Of a stretch of DNA of 64,000 bases, positions 21,389 through 33,319 are shown piece by piece. How positions within the stretch are numbered: the stretch's first letter is position 1; every line of letters begins with the position of its first letter. The translations under genes and the position numbers were made by a program. Source of the DNA: Zancudomyces culisetae HAW-14-8 (taxonomy: Eukaryota; Fungi; Kickxellomycota); the NCBI GenBank assembly GCA_052426225.1, contig JBNJNM010000021.1:372001-436000 (forward strand). The letters run 5' to 3'. The notes below the pieces were generated by a model. It saw nothing but the letters and a program-made list of their open reading frames with translations, ran no database searches and was not told the origin of the DNA.

Positions 21389-24300
21389 TTTGCGAGCACC
21401 GGCGGGTTTGTTTGGTCGAGAAGGAGAATTTGAGTCTGAACGGAGGTAAGCAGGATGAGACTGCTGTTGCTGTTGCTGTTGCTGCTGGGGAGGAGGAGAT
21501 TGGGAGTATTGATCATAAACATTTGAGTTTGAATAAGTCATCGAAGGGTCGTATTCATAGTCAAATTGCTGGGAATTTTGTTGTTGAAACTCATTTTGGT
21601 GTTGAATATGAGGTTGGCTTTGTTTGCGAGAAATTGATGAATAAGACATGTTTTGTAGTTCGAATTCTTCATTTTGGTTTTGGTTTTGGTTTTGATAATA
21701 AAGATTAGGATTTGAACCATATTGATAAGGCTGGCGTGAGTAGGTGGGAGCGGCAGGAGTGTGAGAAGGAAGAAGAGAAACGCCCTCAGCCATTTCGTCA
21801 TCAAATGTACGACTGGCAAAGTCACCACTATGCTCAAGTTCGTAAGATCCATTGCGACTTTCGGCATGTTTGGCATTACGCATGTCGCGGATTCGGCGGC
21901 GCTCATAGTCCTCCCAACGTCTGAGAGGAACCATACGGGGATCGAAATCGCCATCGCCAGAGCCGTGACCATCGTCTGTACCCTTGACTTCGCCTTGGAC
22001 CTTGCGGGTTTCGCCCCAACTGAAATCGTCAAAGTGCCAGTAGGCATATACAGGCAGCACAAAGTTCCAAACAGGAAGGGAACACAAATAGATGGCCATC
22101 CACATTAGATAAATCCATTTCTTGGTGGTAAAGACAATGAGGAAAGCAGGCATAAACAAAATGGAAATAAGCATAATCAGCGGAATGTAGTCGGAAAAGC
22201 CGTTGTAAGTCGCCTTGAATACAGATATTATCAGAACAACTGTCATCATAATAGCCACAGGCAGTGATACAGTACCAATTAAATCCAAAAACACACTAAA
22301 CTGCATGGACAAACAAAACGTGCCACACAATCCACGCACAAGCACTAACTCCATCAGGTTATGGACAGTCGAGTTGATCCAACGTCTACGTTGAGACAAC
22401 AGAACTTTGAACTCGTCGGGGACCATTGTTTTGCAGATTGCTTGAGGCATAAACATCATTTTGCGGTTCGGGAAGTTACGCAACATCAGTGTAGATAAGT
22501 ATCGATCCTCACCCAGCAACATCAAATTCTTTTCATGCAACGTAGTGACTACGTTTTGAGAGTAATCCTGTACAATCTCTGGTTTAACCAAAATCGGTAC
22601 CCAATCCTGTCCCTTGCGCGCCTTCAATCGATACATACAGAAACATCCAGGAAGACATGTAACACCACCAAATACCGACTCAAAGCCCTTACCCAAGTGA
22701 TGTGAAATATAGTATTCATATACCTGGATCGCTGTCACCCACGAATCACGTTTATTTGCTATCTTTGTTTCTCCGCAAATACCCATAATCAAGTGGTCGT
22801 TGTATAAGCAATTCACCAGCAACCGCAAACTGTCTGGGTACACTCGTGTATCTGCATCAACCATAAGCACTATTTCAAACAAATCTGGAGTTGCCCCTGT
22901 CAAATGGTGGATTTTGCGGAACAAATCGTAGTCTAGTGGCGTTAGTCGGTCGTTGTAGATTACTCTTGAAAAGAATCCCATCAAAATAATCTGCGAATCA
23001 CGCTTTCCTCGATTACCTGGCTTGGGGTCGTTCTTTTCTTTATCTGCACCGCACTTCACCACCACTACTGTTGGCACGCGATGTTGTCCCACCCTGTAGT
23101 ACCCGCAGTACACTTTTGCTGCATTCATTTGTTTTGATCCTGATCCTACTGCCAAGTACAAAGATGGCTCCGGGTTCTCAAAGATTTCTTCCTGCTCAAT
23201 CAACCCCACACAGATATCTGGTGTTGTTTGTGTGTTTCCCGACCCTTTGATGATTCCGTCAGCAACTATAAACAACAACTTGCGCATACTGCTGTACTCT
23301 GTTTGTACCAATGAATCACATGTCCCTCTAATCGAATCTTCTCCCTCACTATAACATGTTACCAACATTACCGTATACAGTTCATCGCTTTCTCCTTTTC
23401 CCACCCCCTTTGTCGCCCCTTTTGTGGTTGCTCCCTTTCCTGACCACGGTGCTGATGCATTATACGATATTGGTCTTACTCTATCTCGTGCTGGTCTTTT
23501 TGTTAGATTAGGTGAAATAAAATAGCTGAATCCCAATGCCATACAGAATCGTGTAAATATAATTCCCAAAATTATTGTCAATGCAATATAATTGTATAAC
23601 TGCACTCCAAAGCATCCTACTGTTTGTTTTGCCAATATTCCAGCCTTATACTTGGCAAGAATACACTTTTCTGCTGCCTTCAAGTCATCTGATTTCATGA
23701 AATACACTGTTCCGTCTGATCCTGATTTGCTTGCTGCTCCCAACAATACTGCATCCAGTAAATCCGACTTTGGATTATTCTTTGTTGCAATCAAATACGG
23801 GTTCAAATTCACTACTGCTCCGTTTAGTGTAAACGATCCTTGGGTCACATCTTCCCAGTCAAACCCAATAGGTTGGCCCAATGGCTCCAACCCGTACGTT
23901 TCAATTGCTTTTGGTAGTTCATCCAACGGGCACCCACCATTTCCGTTTTCTGTCTCGCATGTACTATATTGAACTGCCCTAAATTTTTGTATTGATGGAT
24001 CCTGACATTCTTTTGGAGCTGATCGTTTAAAATAGTTTGTGATATCTTCTCCTGGTTTTGGATTGAAAGTTGATGGCCATTTTGCATTTTGTGTCGAATA
24101 TGCCTGTCCCAATATTCCTACAGTCCCTGGCGTTTTCCCCACCATCAGCGCATTATTTTGCACTTGCGACTGCGTGTCTGGACAAAGTACCATCCCCAAA
24201 AATAGCGTCAAAAACACCAATACTCCACTTATCAACACAATTATAAAAATCAATGCTATTTTTTCTCTCCATGCTTGCTGCACTTCTGGTGTTCTCTTAC

Positions 24301-24490
24301 CAGCAACCTTTGCGAGTGCCGCCCCCGGAATGAAAAAGGTCAACACCCTTGAAAAGGCATACCATGGGCCTGAGCCCGCCTTTCGGCTCCCCACTAGTGG
24401 CTCATCGGCTTGCGTCCTTTCTGGACGATACAGTGTCCTATTCCGACGCACTGCTGGGTTGTTTAGGTTTTCTCCTCGGTCTATTGGCAT
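21374..24490 (-). CDS. Chitin synthase, division 2 (class IV/Chs3-like)
   Basis: AWREK, TCYSEG, GNRGKRDSQ, MVDADT, TCLPGCF, LGEDRYL, SQRRRWINST and WHFDDFSWG motifs; no myosin motor domain. Confidence 0.97.
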   Translation of the reverse strand: MPIDRGENLNNPAVRRNRTLYRPERTQADEPLVGSRKAGSGPWYAFSRVLTFFIPGAALAKVAGKRTPEVQQAWREKIALIFIIVLISGVLVFLTLFLGMVLCPDTQSQVQNNALMVGKTPGTVGILGQAYSTQNAKWPSTFNPKPGEDITNYFKRSAPKECQDPSIQKFRAVQYSTCETENGNGGCPLDELPKAIETYGLEPLGQPIGFDWEDVTQGSFTLNGAVVNLNPYLIATKNNPKSDLLDAVLLGAASKSGSDGTVYFMKSDDLKAAEKCILAKYKAGILAKQTVGCFGVQLYNYIALTIILGIIFTRFCMALGFSYFISPNLTKRPARDRVRPISYNASAPWSGKGATTKGATKGVGKGESDELYTVMLVTCYSEGEDSIRGTCDSLVQTEYSSMRKLLFIVADGIIKGSGNTQTTPDICVGLIEQEEIFENPEPSLYLAVGSGSKQMNAAKVYCGYYRVGQHRVPTVVVVKCGADKEKNDPKPGNRGKRDSQIILMGFFSRVIYNDRLTPLDYDLFRKIHHLTGATPDLFEIVLMVDADTRVYPDSLRLLVNCLYNDHLIMGICGETKIANKRDSWVTAIQVYEYYISHHLGKGFESVFGGVTCLPGCFCMYRLKARKGQDWVPILVKPEIVQDYSQNVVTTLHEKNLMLLGEDRYLSTLMLRNFPNRKMMFMPQAICKTMVPDEFKVLLSQRRRWINSTVHNLMELVLVRGLCGTFCLSMQFSVFLDLIGTVSLPVAIMMTVVLIISVFKATYNGFSDYIPLIMLISILFMPAFLIVFTTKKWIYLMWMAIYLCSLPVWNFVLPVYAYWHFDDFSWGETRKVQGEVKGTDDGHGSGDGDFDPRMVPLRRWEDYERRRIRDMRNAKHAESRNGSYELEHSGDFASRTFDDEMAEGVSLLPSHTPAAPTYSRQPYQYGSNPNLYYQNQNQNQNEEFELQNMSYSSISRKQSQPHIQHQNEFQQQNSQQFDYEYDPSMTYSNSNVYDQYSQSPPPQQQQQQQQQSHPAYLRSDSNSPSRPNKPAGARKLERR

Positions 24491-27400
24491 CCTTTCTTCA
24501 ACTTTTTCTCGTTTTTTTATATTTTTTCTCTGATTCTAGTATTTTTCAATGTTATTTTCAAGTTAGCTTTGTTTGTTTCTTTTCTCTTATATATACGTTT
24601 ATGGTCGATATACCAATCCACTATATCGCTATTCATATTTATTAATTGGTTAAACTCCTTACCGCTTATTTAGGGTCTTTTTCTTTTTTTGCTAAATGCT
24701 CGTGATTGGTAATACTCTACAGAAATATTGAAATTTAACTCAAAAAATACAGTATTTTGATTTAAATTCACTCTTTCTGGTTTACTCTTTTTTCTTTGTG
24801 TATTTATATTCTGTCTAGATGATTTTTACTTTTTTCTATAAAAGATACACTGAAATACAAACGAGTTCTCTTTTTTTTTTGTTTGCTTGTTCCTCTTATT
24901 TTGATTATAGATTTTTTTTTCCAGATTTAGTCCTGGATTTAAATTAATCCAACCAAAGTTTTCGTTTCCGTCGAAATCGAAAATTCTCTGTTTTCACCTC
25001 GCTATTTTGGCGGTTGGGATTTGGGATTTTAGTCCGAAAAATAATAAGGCTAAATGGTGATGGGAACAGTTTTTTTTTTTTGCCTTGGACTAAAAACACT
25101 TTTCCAATTTTAGTTCAATGAACCATTCAATCTCTCTCCTTTTTTAACTTTCAATTCCCCTCCCAACCCCCTCACCCTACACGCATCTCTTAACGCATTA
25201 CTAACAAAGTATTTAGAAATAAACCCTCAAATACGAGCCAGTTGGGAAATAACCAAGTCTTGTTAATGTTTGGAACACATCAACCCATTAATTACATTTC
25301 AACCCCTTGCGCTTTTTTCTTTTGTTTCTGCTCTTTTTAATTCGCCGTATCCAAAATCTATTATTCAAAGTACAAGTGTGTAAAAAATGGCTTTTTACAC
25401 ATAGGGTCCAACACCATAACCCATTAACCCAAAACTTTATCATGATTTTTTTTTTGTCATTTATTTGCTTTTAGTTTTTGTTTTGTCCTATGGATAAATA
25501 TGCTGCCAATTGGATATGTATTTCTTTTTTTTTTTTCTCAAGGTCATGATTGTTATGTAACTCGCTACTATATTTTGATTCAACTCTATCTTTTGGCTCC
25601 ATTCTATTTGCCCTGTTGCAATATACAATTAAACAATGAATTTGTTGGGCTTTTAGACCAGTTTCCATAATTACCAATCAATTTCCCAGTTAGCCAACTT
25701 TTGTTCAATTGTTTTTCTCCACTCTTGTAAATCATCGTGAACACTTCAAGTATACCCAAAATGTTTTCGTTTTAGAACGCTTTTCATCTAGCTTTTGCTC
25801 GCCTTCTACAAACTAAACAGCGTTGAATCAACAGTGATGTGGTAGCCGATATGTGCCGTATCTTATTATAAAAGCTATCATCAAGTCAGTGGAACAACGC
25901 ATTACAACGATGTCAACGAAGATAAACTATACACTTGGATGCAATGTTTACTACTCTCTTGTTAAAGTTTTTCTTTCTTTATTGCTATTTTATCATCATT
26001 TTTTGAGGGGAGGCAAAAGATCTTGTAAAATGTCATTGACACCAAGACTCTGCATTTGAGAAAAGGCATGTTCTCTCTTGCTTTGAGCCTCATTACCTAT
26101 TAGAGTCATGAACTTGGCTTTTAGAAAAAAAGGAAATCCAGCAAATAGCTAAAAGTTTACGGCAAATTTCTGGTTGTAATTTCTCTCAAATTAGAAACCA
26201 TTAGCAACTCAATAATCTCGGCAATCTCGGCAATCCCAGCAAATCACATATCTTCTACCAGTTGCAGCAATCTATGTTCTTTTTCTTCACTATTTGGCCA
26301 TATCATCTTGTCCATCATATCTTAAAGAATCAGCCTGCAAAGTATTTTAGCGATAGCAGAAACATCCAAAGATCATTAATACATAAGTGTAGATATCGGC
26401 CAAGGCGTTGATGATTAAGAGATAATTCCCTTTTTCTAGAATTTTCATCTGGGTCATCGGATTCCGTTTACTACACATGCTTTTTTTGTGTGAAAAAAAA
26501 ACCATTATATATTAAACTCGGGTATTTGTGATTTTGTGATATATAAACGACAATGGCAGCAACAGCTTCCTTGGTAGTTCATGTTCCTCTATAATTTTTG
26601 TAGCGTCTATGCTCTTATGTATTTATATAAATTTCTTGTTTGAAAGCAAGAATGCGTCAACACTGAGTTAGACCCTTGTGATATGGGCTCTTTACATATT
26701 ATTTACATGGTATATATGGTATATATGGTATTTTTTTTACATAGTTTACACTTCAAATGTATTTCTCTTTGAGAATAAGACACGTCTGTACATACATTAT
26801 AAATTATTAAACTTTGCTTTTTATCTTTTACTTGATCATTATCTGGTGGTTTTGGCAATCAGATAATTTGCAATACCACCTTATTTCCAAGCAAAGTCAG
26901 AATGCGCTTCTTTATATATTTTGCATGGATATCATAATGGAAATGAATAAAGAAATGTCACAAGGGTGTAAAGCCCGTCTGTGCTATTATAATTTTACTA
27001 AGATCGGGTAGTCGCAGCTAGATGCACTAAAATTAGCAGAAACTAACAATAGGAATGTCTGTATTGTTGACATAAGATAAATATATATATTTTTATTTTC
27101 TAGCATCCATCAGCTGTTTTTTGGTAGATTCCATTTGAATAATAGCCTCCAGTTTATTGGGAGTGGAAAAAGATGCTACTTGTAGTGACAACAACGAAAG
27201 TGGCAAACATACTGAGCTAGCATTAACAGTCCTGCGTGTTGGAATTCAAATTTTTTTTGTGTCTGGATAGATTTTGTTATCAAAAATATTCAACTCAGAA
27301 AAAAAAAAAGCCAGCCTAAAAAAAGTTTTTTTTATGTTTTTTCTGCTTTGTCTCGCTATTTTTTTATTTTTTTCATTCTTTTTATCATTTCCTCAAATTT

Positions 27401-27815
27401 TTGTTATCCGTTCAAAAAAATAAAAAATAAAAAAAATAATAGGCTCAATCTATCAGCAAAAAAAAAAATCCCTGTATCAGTAAATAGAAATTCAGTTTTT
27501 TGCACATTAAAAACTTGGTTGAAATTATCAATTTTAACTTTTGCTAGTTGCAAAAAAAGATAAAACATCTAGGCTCCACAATAAAGAATATTTTCCTATA
27601 TCTTATTAATTGTTAAAAAGGTAACATTTAAAAATATATTCAAAATCAAGTGTTTTATACATTTAAAACTCTGACTTGGCACAGTCAAAAAGTGTAGATT
27701 CCAGCATTTTGATTCGATTGCAGCCCTATAAAATTCCAGATTATAACTTGCCATTCCATACAAATTTAATAGATTTTAACGAGATCAGTCATAAAAAGGA
27801 AAACATATAGATAAG

Positions 27816-29809
27816 ATGCAAAGACTATTTTCCAGAAGATTAAACAAGGTAAATATTCATAATCCACATTTAACTATTTATTTTTTTTTCTTCTCACCTC
27901 CAATCTGCGATCCATTGGGCCACACTTAGTATTATGATCATGGTTGAAAGAAATGATAAAATGAGCAAAGCTTAAATTTTGAATTTTCTTTAAAAGCATT
28001 CGAGAATACTGGGGTTTTGCTAGTTGGAGATGGCAGAAGAGAAATGTGAATGACTACTTGGAAAATGTTTCAGGTGGCTGGGACCCTTTTTCTATAATAT
28101 TTTTCAATTTAGATATAAAAATCAATATTTGAGGATCAACACGAGAGGACTATGGCTAGGATGATCTATTTGAATTAGACTAGGCATTCAGATTGCTAAT
28201 AACGATTAATTTATTTTCAAAAAAAACAATAGGGATTGTTGTCCAACTTGAACAAGGTTACCAGATATTCCACACACTCAGGACCAAAGACACAAGTAAC
28301 TACTCTTTCAAATGGATTTACAGTTGCAACTGAAACAGATCCTTCAGTCAAGACAGCAACAGTAGGAGTCTGGATCAATGCAGGAAGTCGATTGGAAAAC
28401 GAGGCAAATAACGGCAGTGCACACTTTTTGGAACACATGGCCTTCAAGGTACGTATGCTATTCGCATAGTGAAATATAAGCTTAAAATAGTAGCGGGGAT
28501 ACAATAAATTAAAAATTTAGTCAAAAATGCTAACAATACTGGTAATATTACATGAAATATCTAGGGAACCAAAGCAAGAGGACAACATGATATCGAGTTG
28601 GCCATCGAAAACATGGGAGCACACTTGAATGCCTATACTTCACGCGAGCAGACAGTTTACTATGCCAAGGCCTTTGAGAAGAACGTTCCTGAATCTGTTG
28701 ACATTTTGGCAGATATTTTGCAAAACTCAAGATTGGACGAAGGAGCTATTGAGCGTGAGAGAGATGTTATATTGAGAGAGCAACAAGAGGTTGAAAAAAT
28801 CATGGAAGAGGTTGTGTTTGATCACCTCCATGCTACTGCCTTCCAGAGTAAGTTTATTTTCCTCATGATGATCGCTTTGTATCTTGTGTTTTTTTTACAA
28901 TGACTTACATGATCAATAAATATAACAACAATAATAGACTCATCACTTGGATATACCATTTTGGGTCCAAGAGAAAACATCTTGTCAATCACCAAGAACG
29001 ATTTGACTAAATACATTGAAACCAACTACACCGCAGACCGCATGGTTCTTGTTGGCGCTGGTTCCGTCAAACACGATGAACTTGTCAAACTCGCTGAGGC
29101 TAAGTTTGGTGGCTTGAAGCCAAGCAACCCACCATTCGCTTTGCAAACCACAAGAGCCAAGCCACCTCGCTTCTGGGGATCCGAAGTCCGTGTCCGCAAC
29201 GATGACATCCCACAAGCCCATATTGCTCTTGCTGTCCAAGGTGTCTCATGGTCACACCCAGACTACTTCACCATGCTGGTTCTTCAATCCATTGTTGGAA
29301 ACTGGGACAGAGCTTTGGGTGCTGCTGGAAACATCTCATCCAGACTCTCCCAAACCGTCTCCAAACACAACCTGGCCAACCAATACATGTCCTTCAACAC
29401 CTCTTACAACGACACTGGTTTGTGGGGAATTTATATGGTTTCTGAGAACCTCACTCACCTCGACGATTTGGTTCACTTTACTCTTAAGGAATGGAGTCGC
29501 CTTGGCGTTTCTGTTTCTGAAGCTGAAATTGAACGTGCCAAGCAACAGCTCAAGACTTCTTTGTTGTTGAACTTGGACGGAACCACCGCTGTCGCTGAAG
29601 ATATTGGCAGACAAATGTTGACTTATGGAAAACGTGTTGAGCCACGTGATATCGCTGCTGCTGTTGACCGCATCACCGTTAAGGATGTTCATCGTGTAGC
29701 CTCTGAAAGAATTTGGGACAATGAGCTCGCTGTAGTTGCTCTCGGAAGTGTCAATGGTGTACCAGACTATAACCGTGTCCGTTTCGGCATGTCCTTCATG
29801 CGTAGTTAA
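27816..29809 (+). CDS. MAS1: Mitochondrial processing peptidase beta subunit (M16B); 4 exons (27816-27848, 28233-28448, 28565-28847, 28938-29809)
   Basis: Presequence exon [11 protein letters not shown], inverted zinc motif [15 protein letters not shown] and [14 protein letters not shown]. Confidence 0.96.
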
Positions 29810-29914
29810 ATTCTCTTTCCTATTACATTCACTATTATTACTATCCCTAAAATAAATTATTGGCTCATTTGATCTTGTCTTTTTTACTTTATTATTATTT
29901 TTTTGTTGAGAGAG

Positions 29915-31095
29915 TGTGGAGAGAGAGACAGAGAATATGTGTGTGGGGGGTGGGGGGATTCTAATAAGTACTCGGAGAAAATGTTCAACTTTAATTTTAT
30001 TTTTTCTGATAGGAAAAAAAAACACCAACAATACCGACTGCGTTTGAGTTTCTGGTCTGTTGGGTTATGTAAATACCAAGATATTTAAGGGCTTGAATGT
30101 TGGGGTGCTTGGGTGCTTGGGTGCTTGGGTGCTTAACAACATGTATTATTTTTACTCGTAATACAAGTATAGTTACTTTTCCTGCTTAAACAGAGTTCAG
30201 AGAGGAGGAAAGCGTGTGCCTGGGCCGCTGGGTGTTGATAGGAATGAAACTGACTACCGGCTGTGGGAGGGGGGGAGTTGAATCTTTTCCAAAATTGGCA
30301 AAAGTGAGGCCTGGTACACAAAAATAGAAACTCTCATCCCACTTTATTTGCTTATAGTTCATTTCAACAGGATTCACACCAGTTTCGACAAATACCTTAT
30401 CCTCGCACCCTTGAGCCCAAATACAACGACTCTAGGTATCAGTAAAAATAATAATAATAGAATTCTGGAACACCAATATGGTTTGCGCCCCCCACCGTTT
30501 GTATTGAGTGTTATGTTTCTCCACAGTTGCCAGCGTTTATAAACGGGATTTACTCACAACCTAAACTCGGGTACCCGAACCATGTTGTGTTTTACAGCAT
30601 GTTATATAAATTTATGTTCATAGGTATACTTGGCATACTTTTCCCAAAATAGATTCAGGTGCGCTAATATATCACTGAGTTCTAATTACGCAAAAAAACG
30701 CATGGTTATTTTCCTCTTTTTTCATTTCTGGGTATTTACGTAAGCGTATTTGAAAAAGATGATCCTACTTTTTATCCCAATTAGACAAAGCTTAAACATA
30801 TGTGAATATCAAGTGATTTAAAGTAAATGGCATTTTTGATATAGCAAATAAAAGCGGTTTATGTAATCGTTTAGTTTGTTATTACTATTGGCTAATAGAA
30901 GCTCCTATCACTGAGCGATATAAAAAAAATGAATATGAGTGGGGTTAGGGTTAGATTTGGTGAGTGTCTTCACTGTTGTATCCAATAATCCTCTTGCTTT
31001 TACTTCTTTTTTTTGGGATTACAGATACGATTAGTGCCTTAACCATTATCATATGATAAATCGCCAATACTATTAGCTGTTAAATCCCGTTTACA
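29915..31095 (-). ncRNA. Candidate telomerase RNA (template 5'-CUAACCCUAACCC-3' at 30954-30942)
   Basis: Template-like motif enclosed by a 15-bp helix (31095-31081 with 30552-30538); stem 5' of the template; a second nested helical domain at 30525-29915; most G-U pairs near the template fit the minus strand. Confidence 0.5.
30103..30134. repeat. (GGGTGCTT)x4 tandem repeat
   Basis: gggtgcttgggtgcttgggtgcttgggtgctt. Confidence 0.95.
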
Positions 31096-31716
31096 TATCC
31101 AGGAACTCAAACGCAAAACCTTTTAGTGCGATTTCCTTTTAGGAAAGAAAAAGTAAATCAAACTTACGATTTGATTCATTTTATTAATTTGATTACATAA
31201 TTCTCTATTTACAGATTTAAAAAAAAAAGGTACACTCCCAATCATGTTGCGGTTAACTTTCATTTCCCCTCTGTTGCTTTTTTTCTCACTTATAAAAGCT
31301 TCCTGACCAATTTAGTTTTGACCGACTCTTAGCTTTTTTTTAAAGAAAAAACAGTATACCTTCTTACGAATATTATAAAGGGGGGTACAAGTGGTAACTA
31401 TACACCATTAGCCTCTAAGATCGATTACTTTTCAGCCTTTAGATTTTCTGATATTTATATTCATAAATATCAATATAACCTCCCCTTCACCCTACCTTTT
31501 ATTTTTGGTTTATTACTGTTTTTATTATATTTATGATACATTAGATATTATCCCTAGGACCTGTTAGATATTATTAGCCAAAATATAATTATAAGAATCA
31601 AAAGAACAAATCCGATTCTATTGAAAATAACGAACAGGAAAAACATAGAAACCTCAACCTAGAAAAAGAAAAGAAAGGAAAGCGACTTAAAACCAAAAAC
31701 AAATAAAGAAAACAAC

Positions 31717-33055
31717 ATGAAACTCTCTACAGCAAAAGGAATCGGCGGTGTACTATCTGTCTTTTTGACTCTTACTTCAGCTCAACTAGACTGTGATAGT
31801 ACCCAGAACTACTGCGATAGCGAAGGAAACGCTGTAAATTGCAACAAGAATGCACTCTCTGTCAACGCTTGTCCACAGGGCTTCCAATGCATGGTCATTG
31901 ATCAGAAGGCTGTTTGCGTTGATTCAAAAGATCACAACGACGCATCAAAAAATAGAAGAGATGGTGGTCTATATTTGAGACAGGGAACCGTAGGAACCCC
32001 AGCTTCTACTACTGCAAACGGTAAGCGTTTATTTCCATCATTGTCACTCTTGTATTTTTGTAGAACTTTGATCTATCTTTGCCAGAATTCATGACTCTAG
32101 TCAGCTGGTATAAATAGACAAACCATCAGCTTGAAAAGAACTCACAAATATGTCTAAAGCTACATATTTACTTAATACACTCAGGTTCGTATTAACACTT
32201 ATCTTTAAAACTATAGACTCACAAGAACAAAACGCTCCCAGATCAACACCACAAGCTGTAGTCACTCAAACAGTAACTGCTTCAGGCGCGCCTCCATCCA
32301 GCCCGGCACCATCCAGTCCAGCATCATCCAGCCCAGCGCCAAACACACCAACATCAGCATCCCGAACAACTTCGTCAGCTGATAACAACAACAACAATAA
32401 CAACAACAATAACAATAATAACAACAATAACAGTAACAACAACAACAACAACAATAATAATAATAATAATAATAATAATAGTAGCAGTGATAGATCATCT
32501 TCAAGTTCATCCTCTTCTCAAAAGACCACTACCACACAAACTTCGAATGCAAAGACTACCACTTCAAGTGCCGTTAGTACAAACGATCCTTACTACTGCC
32601 CAAATGGAAGCAATGATTTCTGCTTGGACGACAACACACTAATGATCTGTAGAGGAAACAAATGGGGGTCTTTATCGTGTAACTCGAGCCAAATCTGCTT
32701 CACTGATGGAACCAAGAATAATAAGGCATCCTGCGAAGACAAGGACAAGGCCACAGCATGTAACGTACAAGGTATGTCCAGATGTGATGCCATTAGCGCC
32801 AATGCATACTCTACATGTGATGGTAAATCCTGGGTATCCTACCAATGTGATAATGGTGAAGTGTGTCAGCCAAAGGGTGAAGATGAAATCACCTGCGTTC
32901 CTGCAGACCAAGTTGATGAAAGCAAAATAACTACAATGCCACCTGCTACACCCTATGTTCCCCCTTCATATGCTCCTAAAAACGCATATCCTTTGACTTT
33001 TATCTCCATTTCTCTCTCTCTACTTTCTACAGTTTTGCTGTTCTCTACACATTAA
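31717..33055 (+). CDS. Secreted, probably GPI-anchored Cys-repeat (CBM19-like) protein; 2 exons (31717-32020, 32217-33055)
   Basis: Signal peptide, Cys modules of the type C-x-C...C-x-G-x-W-x4-C-x4-5-C, an S/T/P and poly-Asn linker, and a hydrophobic C-terminus. Confidence 0.85.
32382..32480 (+). repeat. Coding (AAC/AAT)n microsatellite encoding poly-Asn
   Basis: About 32 Asn codons interrupted by one AGT. Confidence 0.95.
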
Positions 33056-33319
33056 TCAACTTTTTTTTAAATTCCTATCTACCTTTTTTTATTTATTCTT
33101 CTTATCACGTATGCTTTGATAGTTAAAAGTAAAGCATTTGTCGCGAATCATGGTCTCTTTTGGGTTGTTTAACATGGTAGTGTCAAAACAGTGTCAACAT
33201 TAGCATTGTGGATTTTCGTTTATATAATTCCTTCATTGATGTGTAGTAGACAGCTAAAAAAATTCTAGTAAATCTTAATAATTTAAAACATTTTAGTTCA
33301 TCTATAACCTTATAACGAG

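Noticed and set aside
29336-30031. 231-aa antisense ORF
   Set aside because: Shadow of the codon-biased MAS1 exon, starting in low-complexity sequence
32262-32510. Poly-Cys/Tyr and poly-Leu ORFs
   Set aside because: Antisense shadows of the poly-Asn microsatellite
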